From positions 120,001 to 152,000 of the forward strand of contig CAZHYN010000001.1 of assembly GCA_964536865.1 (NCBI GenBank): 32,000 bases of DNA, given 5' to 3'. A program made the position numbers and the translations under genes. Origin of the DNA: an uncultured Planctomycetia bacterium. Its GTDB lineage: Bacteria > Omnitrophota > Gorgyraeia > Duberdicusellales > 4484-171. Under the pieces are notes generated by a model. The model made no database searches. It worked only from the letters and a program-made list of their open reading frames with translations, and had not been told where the DNA came from. Each line of letters starts with the position of its first letter. Within the stretch, counting starts at the first letter, position 1. Shown here piece after piece: positions 7,803 through 15,033 of this stretch.

Positions 7803-8516
7803 ATGAAAAATAAATCAAAACAACGTAAAGTTTATGAGAAAGCAATAAAAAATTGGCCAAAGGACGAACGTCCCAGAGAGAAGCTTTTTAAATTAGGAGA
7901 ACACAAACTTTCCAATACAGAACTTTTAGCTATTTTGCTTCGCAGTGGTATAAAGGGAGAAAGTGCTGTTGACCTGGCAAGAAGAATCATTCAAAAATTC
8001 AGAACTTTCAGAAATATGAGCCATACAGATATAAGAGACTGGAAAGAATTTAAAGGTTTAGGTCAGGCAAAAATAGCCCAGATTAAAGCAGCAATTGAAA
8101 TAGGAAGAAGATTTAGAGAAGAGGAAATAAAAGAAAAACCTCCTCAGATAAAATCCTCCTGTGATGTTGTAGAAATTATGATGCCAAGAATGAGAGACTT
8201 AAAGAAAGAAGTATTTAAAATACTCCTTCTAAATTCCAAAAACAGGATTCTTGATATTGTAGAAATAACTCAGGGCACAGTAAACCAGGCAAACCCCATA
8301 ATAAGAGAAATATTTGAAAAATCTTTACAATCCTATGCTTCATCCATCATCTGCGTCCACAACCATCCTTCCGGAGATCCTAAACCCAGCAAAGAAGACG
8401 AAGAATTCACTAAAAGCTTAACTAAAGCAGGAGAAATTCTAAACATAAAAGTATTGGACCATATCATAATAGGAGATGATGAATACTATAGTTTTGCTGA
8501 TGAAGGGACGATATAA
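7803..8516 (+). CDS. radC: RadC-family JAB/MPN domain protein, copy 1
   Basis: ERPREKL, ELLAILLRSG, and the JAB metal motif HNHPSGDPKPSKED. Confidence 0.9.
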   Translation: MKNKSKQRKVYEKAIKNWPKDERPREKLFKLGEHKLSNTELLAILLRSGIKGESAVDLARRIIQKFRTFRNMSHTDIRDWKEFKGLGQAKIAQIKAAIEIGRRFREEEIKEKPPQIKSSCDVVEIMMPRMRDLKKEVFKILLLNSKNRILDIVEITQGTVNQANPIIREIFEKSLQSYASSIICVHNHPSGDPKPSKEDEEFTKSLTKAGEILNIKVLDHIIIGDDEYYSFADEGTI

Positions 8517-8813
8517 TTATTTAGATTGAAGAGGTATAATAAGGAAAAATTTTTTAAGAGTTAGAAGGCCAATTTATTGAGAAAATTTGCTAAAGATATG
8601 GTTTTTATAAATGATTTAAGAGGAAAGTTAGAATATAAAAAATAAAAGAGAGGCATTACCGCGGGACTAACCCCTTTGGATAGCCTCTCATCGTGATTCA
8701 ACTTAAGTATATAACATAACCTTATGAATATCAAGGAGGTTTGTGAATTTTTATAGATTTGCTTAGAAATTTAACCAAAGAAATCATCGTAGCCATAGAA
8801 AATCAAGAATGAT

Positions 8814-10208
8814 ATGACCAAGAAAGAACTAAATATAATTTTAAAAGAAGGTGAAGGATACAAGATTGAATTTAAAGAGAAGGTAAGTAATATCGAGAAG
8901 GAGTTGGTAGCATTTGCCAATTCCTCTGGTGGCAGGATACTGCTTGGGGTAACCGACGATGGTAAGATTAAGGGAATAAATGTAACCAATAGACTGAAAT
9001 CTATGATTCAAGATATAGCGAATAATTGCCGTCCGCCAATTAAGATTTCTTTTGAAAGCATAGGTAACGTTCTTGCGGTTAATGTAAAAGAAGGAGAAGA
9101 TAAACCCTATGAATGCACTTCTGGTTTTTACAAAAGAATGGGGCCAAATTCTCAGAAAATGACAAGAAACGAACTAATTAGATTCTTTAAAGCAGAGGGA
9201 AAAATCAGGTTTGACGAACTTATAGAGCCAAAGTTTAGTTATCCTAAAGATTTTGACAAAGGGAAATTTAAAAGATTCTTGCAATTGGCCGATATCTCCA
9301 GAGTGGGAAGTGCAGAAAAATTACTTGTTAGTTTAGGGGTGGCTGAGAAACAGGAAGGCAGACTCTACTTTAATAATGCCGGTATACTTTTCTTTGCTAA
9401 AGAACCACAGAGGTTTATTCCCTGGTCAGTGTATACTGTGGCATTATTTAAAGATGAAGCAGGAGTTGATATTATAGACAGAAAAGAGATAACTGGCAGT
9501 TTATTTGAGATTGTAGAGGAGGTAATGAAATTTGTAAGGCTTTATACAAAAGTTGCCTACCGTTTTACCGGCAGACCTCGCAGAGAAAATGTATATGAAT
9601 ACGCTTTTGATGCAATCAGGGAGGCAGTAATAAATTCAGTAATGCATAAATATTACTTTGAACATGGACACAACAATATCTTGAGATTCTTCCCTGACCG
9701 AATAAGGATTGAGAACTACTGGCAAAAGCCTGGCCATTTTGTTCTTGGCAAAACTGTCTTTAGAAGAAACCATATTATCGCTGATTTGTTTTCCAAAATT
9801 CATTTCGGCGAGAAAATGGGTACAGGTTTTGAGAGAATAAGACAAATATGTAAAAAAGAAAAAGCCCCTTATCCTGATATTGAGTTTACCGAAAATTACT
9901 TCTATATAACTTTCAAGCAGAGCTATGAATACTTAAAACTTGCTGGGAAGCGTCCTCCTAAAGAAGGGTCTTTAACTACTACCCAGAAACAGAAAACTGT
10001 GGAGAAAACTGTGGAGAAAACTGTGGAGAAGATTCTGCATTTGATTAAAGAAAATCCCAAAATAACAATGAGAGAAATAGAACGGGTAACCGGTTTAAGC
10101 AGACGAGGCGTTGAATGGAATATTGCCAAACTCAAAAAAGAAGGTCAAATCAAACGCATTGGTCCTGATAGAGGCGGGTATTGGCAAATTGTGGCAGAGA
10201 AAAAATAA
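8814..10208 (+). CDS. AlbA_2 (Schlafen-like) DNA-binding domain + RecG-C-like ATPase-fold domain + wHTH protein
   Basis: EGEGYKIEFKEK...ELVAFANSSGGRILLGVTDDGKIKG (AlbA_2 pattern); AIREAVINSVMH...GTGFERI; C-terminal wHTH (ITMREIERVTGLSRRGVEWNIAKLKKEGQIKRIG). Confidence 0.8.
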   Translation: MTKKELNIILKEGEGYKIEFKEKVSNIEKELVAFANSSGGRILLGVTDDGKIKGINVTNRLKSMIQDIANNCRPPIKISFESIGNVLAVNVKEGEDKPYECTSGFYKRMGPNSQKMTRNELIRFFKAEGKIRFDELIEPKFSYPKDFDKGKFKRFLQLADISRVGSAEKLLVSLGVAEKQEGRLYFNNAGILFFAKEPQRFIPWSVYTVALFKDEAGVDIIDRKEITGSLFEIVEEVMKFVRLYTKVAYRFTGRPRRENVYEYAFDAIREAVINSVMHKYYFEHGHNNILRFFPDRIRIENYWQKPGHFVLGKTVFRRNHIIADLFSKIHFGEKMGTGFERIRQICKKEKAPYPDIEFTENYFYITFKQSYEYLKLAGKRPPKEGSLTTTQKQKTVEKTVEKTVEKILHLIKENPKITMREIERVTGLSRRGVEWNIAKLKKEGQIKRIGPDRGGYWQIVAEKK

Positions 10209-10408
10209 TGAGCAGGCAAGTTTTATCCGATATAATTAAAGAATTCTCTCCCACTGTAGAAGAAATAGCCCAAGCCCTTAAACTTCATCCTTACACCATT
10301 CGCAGGCTTTGCCGTGAAGGTGAAATCCCAGCTTTTTCCGCCATACTTTATGGCGGATCCGCCTCTGGCGAAAAATTTGGCGCTTCCGTTTTGATGTTAA
10401 GGAGATAG
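10208..10408 (+). pseudogene. excisionase/MerR-type HTH gene, disrupted
   Basis: The ATG at 10208 overlaps the upstream stop (TAATG). TVEEIAQALKLHPYTIRRLCREGEIPAF is followed by element E4. The expected tail (KIWRFRFDVKEIEE) continues in a different frame, which is the radC copy 2 frame. Confidence 0.5.
10338..10371 (+). repeat. two-hairpin junction element, copy E4
   Basis: CCGCCATA-CTT-TATGGCGG (perfect 8-bp stem), then ATCCGCC-TCT-GGCGA. Confidence 0.65.
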
Positions 10409-10413
10409 AAGAA

Positions 10414-11130
10414 GTGGAAAAGAAATCAAGGCACTACAAAGTTTATGAGAAAGCAATAAAGAACTGGCCTGAAGATGAACGTCCCAGAGAGAAGCTTTTT
10501 AAATTAGGAGAACACAAACTTTCCAATACTGAACTTTTAGCTATCTTACTCCGTAGTGGTATAAAAGGAGAAAGTGCAATTGACTTGGCAAGGAGAATCA
10601 TTCAAAAATTCAAAACCTTCAGGAATATGAGTCATACCAATTTAAATGATTGGAAAGAATTTAAAGGTTTAGGTCAGGCAAAAATAGCCCAGATTAAAGC
10701 AGCAATTGAAATAGGAAGAAGATTTAGAGAAGAGGAAATAAAAGAAAAACCTCCTCAGATAAAATCCTCCTGTGATGTTGTAGAAATTATGATGCCAAGA
10801 ATGAGAGACTTAAAGAAAGAAGTATTTAAAATACTCCTTCTAAATTCCAAAAACAGGATTCTTGATATTGTAGAAATAACTCAGGGCACAGTAAACCAGG
10901 CAAACCCCATAATAAGAGAAATATTTGAAAAATCTTTACAATCCTATGCTTCATCCATCATCTGCGTCCACAACCATCCTTCCGGAGATCCTAAACCCAG
11001 CAAAGAAGACGAAGAATTCACTAAAAGCTTAACTAAAGCAGGAGAAATTCTAAACATAAAAGTATTGGACCATATCATAATAGGAGATAATAAATATTAC
11101 AGTTTTGCTGATGAGGGAAAAATAAGGTGA
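10414..11130 (+). CDS. radC: RadC-family JAB/MPN domain protein, copy 2
   Basis: Same motifs as copy 1, with a GTG start. Bases 10651-11088 are identical to 8040-8477. Confidence 0.9.
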   Translation: MEKKSRHYKVYEKAIKNWPEDERPREKLFKLGEHKLSNTELLAILLRSGIKGESAIDLARRIIQKFKTFRNMSHTNLNDWKEFKGLGQAKIAQIKAAIEIGRRFREEEIKEKPPQIKSSCDVVEIMMPRMRDLKKEVFKILLLNSKNRILDIVEITQGTVNQANPIIREIFEKSLQSYASSIICVHNHPSGDPKPSKEDEEFTKSLTKAGEILNIKVLDHIIIGDNKYYSFADEGKIR

Positions 11131-11139
11131 GGCAAAATA

Positions 11140-11232
11140 ATGAGAGAAAAAGATATCAATTTTGAAGAAAAACTCTGGAAGGCAGCAGATAGAGAAAATA
11201 TTATAAAAACTTTCCCAAAATTCAACGAATAA
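11140..11232 (+). pseudogene. N-terminal fragment of a type I methyltransferase (hsdM) gene
   Basis: MREKDINFEEKLWKAAD... matches the conserved HsdM N-terminus (FEEKLWKAADKLRG) for about 17 aa, then diverges and stops. Confidence 0.5.
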
Positions 11233-11375
11233 CCCTAACCAAAACCGACCAACACACAATTCGCTTCCTCAAAATCTTAACCCAGGTAACCCGTGCCATT
11301 AAAGGTGGTATCTTTTACCCCAGCAAATCTTTTTATTGTAATGTATGCGGGTATAGGGAATTGTGCAGGAAGTGA
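11232..11375 (+). pseudogene. C-terminal remnant of a Cas4/RecB-like PD-(D/E)XK nuclease gene
   Basis: ...LTQVTRAIKGGIFYPSKSFYCNVCGYRELCRK*. Tail motif C-x2-C-x5-C. Paralogous to 2990-3107. Confidence 0.45.
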
Positions 11376-11403
11376 TAAATCTAATTAAATTTTAATTTTT
11401 CTC

Positions 11404-11436
11404 TTGACAATAATAAAATAACTTATAAAATAAGTT
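11404..11436 (+). promoter_or_regulatory. hsdM promoter with overlapping perfect palindrome
   Basis: TTGACA (11404-11409), 16-nt spacer, TAAAAT. AACTTAT-AAA-ATAAGTT (11420-11436) overlaps the -10, and a third half site AACTTATA lies at 11447. Confidence 0.45.
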
Positions 11437-11470
11437 TTAAAGAAAAAACTTATAGAAATGGAGGTACACG

Positions 11471-13258
11471 ATGATGCCCAATTGGCTTAATAGAAGATAT
11501 GAAATTTTATGGGGAGCATTTCAATCTTCTCCTTTCTGTGTCGAAGATGCTACACGCGTGCTTAAAGAAAAATTTGATGATAGTGAGGAACAGATTAATG
11601 TTGTACTCTCGGAACTAAGAAAAGAAGGTATGCTTAAAGTAGAATTTGATCCCACTGACGCAAGGAAAAGAGTCTATCAACTTATAAGTAGAGAGCAAAT
11701 AATTTCTGAGAGATTCTCCATTACAAATAAGCAATTAACAAGAGGAGATCTTGAAGGGCTTCTCAAGGCAGCAGCAGATCTCATAAGAACAAGGGTCGAT
11801 TATACTTTTATCCTCGTTCTTCTTTTCTACAAAAGAATTAGTGACAAATGGAAGATGGAATTTGAGAATGCATATAAAGAAGCACTTGCTGATGGATTGA
11901 GTGAAGAAGAAGCAAAGAAGGAGGCAAGAAATGCCATATATCATGACTTTGATATTCCTGAGGAGTTTCTCTGGGAGAATATAAGGAAGGAACCAACCAG
12001 ATTACCTGAAAATTTTTCCAAAGCAATGAAAGTTTTGGCAGAAAGGAACTCCGGACTTAAGGATGTATTTGAGAATGTAGATTTTGTTCAATTTACCACC
12101 AATAGAGAAAATGCTGAAGTTTTAAGACAATTAGTTGAACTTTTCAGTGCTAAAGCGTTACACCATGTATCCCCTGATATTCTTGGAGATGCTTACGAGT
12201 GGATATTAAGGTACTTTGCCCCTCAGAAAGCTAAGGAAGGAGAAGTCTACACTCCAAAAGAGGTTATCAATCTCATTATTGAAATGGTCGATCCAAAACC
12301 AGGTGAAAGTGTATATGACCCAGCCTGTGGTTCGGGTGGTATGCTTATCAGCGCTTATAAGCATGTTGAAAATAATCTTGGCAGGAACGAAGCAGATAAG
12401 CTCTTTCTCTTTGGGCAGGAATACAATCACAAGACTCTTGCTCTTGCTAAAATGAATCTTTACATCCATGATATCAGGAATGGTCAGCTTGCTCTGGGAG
12501 ACACATTGCTTTATCCCAAATTTAAGGAAGGTAACCTGCCTGCGTCCGCAGGACAGTCAGGTAAGTTAAAGAAATTCGATGTTGTTATAGCCAATCCCCC
12601 GTGGAATCAAGATGGATATAGTGAGGAGACTCTTAAAAAAGGTGAGTTCTGGCGGGAGAGATTCAACTTCGGGTTCACACCAAAACAATCAGCAGACTGG
12701 GCATGGATAGAGCACATGTTAGCTTCAGCAAAGGAGAGAGGTGGCAGAGTGGGGGTTGTTATAGATAATGGTTGCCTTTTTAGAGGCGGGAAGGAGAAGG
12801 CGATAAGAACAAGTATCGTCAATGCTGACCTGATAGAGGCTGTTATTCTTCTCCCTGAAAAACTCTTTTATAATACTGGAGCACCAGGAGCAGTAATTGT
12901 TCTTAATAAAAATAAACCAAAGGCAAGGAAAGGAAAAGTCTTATTCATAAATGCAAGCAATGAATACGAGCAACATCCAAGTGTTCGGAAACTCAACCGT
13001 TTGGGAGATGAGCATATAGAGAAGATAGTCAAAGCATATAAAGAGTTTAGAGACTCAGGTGGATTTTCAAAGGTTGTAGAGATTGAGAAGATAAAAGAGA
13101 ACGGCTATAACCTGAATGTCACGCTATATGTATTCCCGGAAGAGGAGATTGAGGAGATAGATGTAACTAAAGAGTGGGAAGGACTGCGTAAGGTAGAAAG
13201 GGAACTTGTGGAGGTTGAAAAGAAGATTGAGGGATATCTAAAAGAATTAAAATACTGA
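11471..13258 (+). CDS. hsdM: type I restriction-modification methyltransferase subunit M with extra N-terminal wHTH-like domain
   Basis: HsdM_N pattern (LKAAADLIR...LVLLFYKRISD), motif I DPACGSGGML, motif IV NPPW (VIANPPWNQ). About 90 extra N-terminal residues precede HsdM_N. Confidence 0.95.
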   Translation: MMPNWLNRRYEILWGAFQSSPFCVEDATRVLKEKFDDSEEQINVVLSELRKEGMLKVEFDPTDARKRVYQLISREQIISERFSITNKQLTRGDLEGLLKAAADLIRTRVDYTFILVLLFYKRISDKWKMEFENAYKEALADGLSEEEAKKEARNAIYHDFDIPEEFLWENIRKEPTRLPENFSKAMKVLAERNSGLKDVFENVDFVQFTTNRENAEVLRQLVELFSAKALHHVSPDILGDAYEWILRYFAPQKAKEGEVYTPKEVINLIIEMVDPKPGESVYDPACGSGGMLISAYKHVENNLGRNEADKLFLFGQEYNHKTLALAKMNLYIHDIRNGQLALGDTLLYPKFKEGNLPASAGQSGKLKKFDVVIANPPWNQDGYSEETLKKGEFWRERFNFGFTPKQSADWAWIEHMLASAKERGGRVGVVIDNGCLFRGGKEKAIRTSIVNADLIEAVILLPEKLFYNTGAPGAVIVLNKNKPKARKGKVLFINASNEYEQHPSVRKLNRLGDEHIEKIVKAYKEFRDSGGFSKVVEIEKIKENGYNLNVTLYVFPEEEIEEIDVTKEWEGLRKVERELVEVEKKIEGYLKELKY

Positions 13259-13266
13259 TCAATGAC

Positions 13267-14799
13267 ATGCAAACTAATACTTTAAAAGAAATAATCAATA
13301 AATGGAGAGGTAAAGAAGGAGAACGTATTGAATATAAACTCTCTGCTTCTACTTTATCAAAAGACATATGGGAAACCGTATCTGCTTTTTCAAACGAAGG
13401 CGGCGGTGTAATTCTACTTGGGTATAAAAAAATCGGTAAGAAATATGTTCCCGTAGGAGTTAAAGATCCCTCAAAAATTCTTGATGATTTTACTTCTACT
13501 GTTAGTCAAAAATTCAATTTTTGTCCTGTTGTCTCTGCAAAGATTGTTGAAGACAGTGGTAAACCCACAATAGTTATAGAAGTAAAAGAAGCTCCACGGT
13601 ATCAAAAGCCCATTTATATAAAAGATGCAGGTCCTCTTAAAGGAGGATTTAAAAGGGTTGGTGCTACAGACATTAGGCTTACAGACGAGGATGTGTATAG
13701 ATATTATCTGGAAAGAATGGGAGCTCCTGATGCTCAACCAATAAATGGAACTACATTAGATGATATTGATCCTGCTACTCTTACAGCGTTTCGGAACTTA
13801 AGGAGAATTATAAATCCCAATGCTCCGGAATTAAGGTTTGATGATAAAGAACTTCTAAAGGCATACAACTTACTATCCAAAGACTCCGAAACATTAACAA
13901 CTGCGGGCTTACTTCTTTTTGGAAGAGAAGAGATAGTGAAAAGACATTTTCCAGCGGTTCGGCTTGATGTCATAAGGGTAAAAGGTATCGAATGGGGCAA
14001 AGACAGAGACCCCTTTCTCTCCAGAGATTTAACAGGAAATCTCATAACTCTGCGTTCATTAGCGATAGATTTTCTGGATAGGTTCTTCCTTGTTCCTTTC
14101 CATACGGATAAAAGAGGTGAGAGGATAGAAGAAAATGCTCATCGCAAAGCCCTGAGAGAAGCACTTACCAATCTTTTAATGCACCAGAACTATTTTCACC
14201 GCAGTCCTGCACAGATAAGAATTTATAACGATAGGATTGAATTTTATAACCCTGGCTATTCTTTGAAGGATCCATCTTTATTTGATTCTCCTGGTTCTGA
14301 GTTAAGGAATCCTTCAATTGCGGCGGTTTTTTATGATATTGGTTGGGCAGAGGCGAAAGGGACAGGGCTTAAAACCACTATTGAATCACTTAAGAGTGAG
14401 GGTTACCCTATCCCTGAGTATTTAAATGACATCAAACATGACACTTTTACTTTGGTGCTTCCCCATCCAATAGTAGAAGTCACCGAACAAGTCACCGAAC
14501 AAGTCACCGAACAAGTTGCGAACATGATGGACCGGAGGGCTATGACTCTGGAATTCTGTAAGGAGCCGAGGTCTTTAAAAGAAATAATGCAGTTTCTTGG
14601 GCTTAAACACCGACCCAATTTTATAGAAAAGGTGTTGAATCCTCTTCTTGAAGCAGGGTTGTTAAAAAGAACGATCCCAGACAGGCCAAGAAGCAGGTTT
14701 CAAAAATATGTGGCTGTGAAGAAGGAGGCACATTATGGCAAAAAACAAGCACGATCAAATAGCAGAGAGGTTGGCAAAGAAGTTTGGGGTGGAGTATAA
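13267..14799 (+). CDS. AlbA_2 (Schlafen-like) domain + RecG-C-like ATPase-fold domain + wHTH protein
   Basis: EGERIEYKLS...ETVSAFSNEGGGVILLGY (AlbA_2 pattern); ALREALTNLLMHQNY...GTGLKT; C-terminal wHTH (RSLKEIMQFLGLKHRPNFIEKVLNPLLEAGLLKR). Starts 8 nt after the hsdM stop. Confidence 0.8.
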   Translation: MQTNTLKEIINKWRGKEGERIEYKLSASTLSKDIWETVSAFSNEGGGVILLGYKKIGKKYVPVGVKDPSKILDDFTSTVSQKFNFCPVVSAKIVEDSGKPTIVIEVKEAPRYQKPIYIKDAGPLKGGFKRVGATDIRLTDEDVYRYYLERMGAPDAQPINGTTLDDIDPATLTAFRNLRRIINPNAPELRFDDKELLKAYNLLSKDSETLTTAGLLLFGREEIVKRHFPAVRLDVIRVKGIEWGKDRDPFLSRDLTGNLITLRSLAIDFLDRFFLVPFHTDKRGERIEENAHRKALREALTNLLMHQNYFHRSPAQIRIYNDRIEFYNPGYSLKDPSLFDSPGSELRNPSIAAVFYDIGWAEAKGTGLKTTIESLKSEGYPIPEYLNDIKHDTFTLVLPHPIVEVTEQVTEQVTEQVANMMDRRAMTLEFCKEPRSLKEIMQFLGLKHRPNFIEKVLNPLLEAGLLKRTIPDRPRSRFQKYVAVKKEAHYGKKQARSNSREVGKEVWGGV

Positions 14800-15031
14800 G
14801 AAAAGTAAAGGTATTGATATTGTAACCAAAGAGAAAGTTATCGAAGTTGAAACTAAGAAAGGTTCTTTATACCAAGGAATAAATCAGATAAAAAGAGCTT
14901 CTAAAGCAAGGTATGTTGCAGTTAATAAATTAAATATTAACAATGCTTTAAAGGCTACGAAAGGAACCGGTATAGGAATTATGGGACCTACTGGAAGGAT
15001 AATAAAGAGAGCGAGAAGAAATAAGAAATAA
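14735..15031 (+). CDS. small basic protein with minimal PD-(D/E)xK-like motif
   Basis: Strong GAAGGAGG RBS 5 nt upstream of the ATG. GIDIV-(x7)-IEVETKK fits a D...E-x-K nuclease signature. Overlaps the upstream ORF by 65 nt. Function unverified. Confidence 0.45.
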   Translation: MAKNKHDQIAERLAKKFGVEYKKSKGIDIVTKEKVIEVETKKGSLYQGINQIKRASKARYVAVNKLNINNALKATKGTGIGIMGPTGRIIKRARRNKK

Positions 15032-15033
15032 AA

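Noticed and set aside
8640-8700. Hairpin AGAGAGGC...GCCTCTCA with a 27-nt loop, as a possible small RNA or terminator upstream of 8814
   Set aside because: The stem is short, the loop is large, there is no T-tract, and no second copy is available to test conservation. Support is insufficient.
10324-10416. Programmed -1 frameshift at the T-run (GCT TTT TCC), followed by the hairpin, fusing the HTH ORF to radC copy 2
   Set aside because: The -1 frame is open from 10324 into radC, which is tempting. However, the slippery site is non-canonical and the hairpin starts only 2-3 nt downstream. The equivalent -1 frame in the other copy (4239 onward) hits a TGA within the element. Insertional disruption explains both copies.
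11735-13367. Several 60-90 aa ORFs, antisense or in alternative frames, within hsdM (11735..11944, 11838..12026, 12206..12469, 12216..12455, 12607..12822, 13167..13367)
   Set aside because: They sit entirely inside a strongly supported hsdM coding frame and have low-complexity translations, as expected for AT-rich antisense ORFs.
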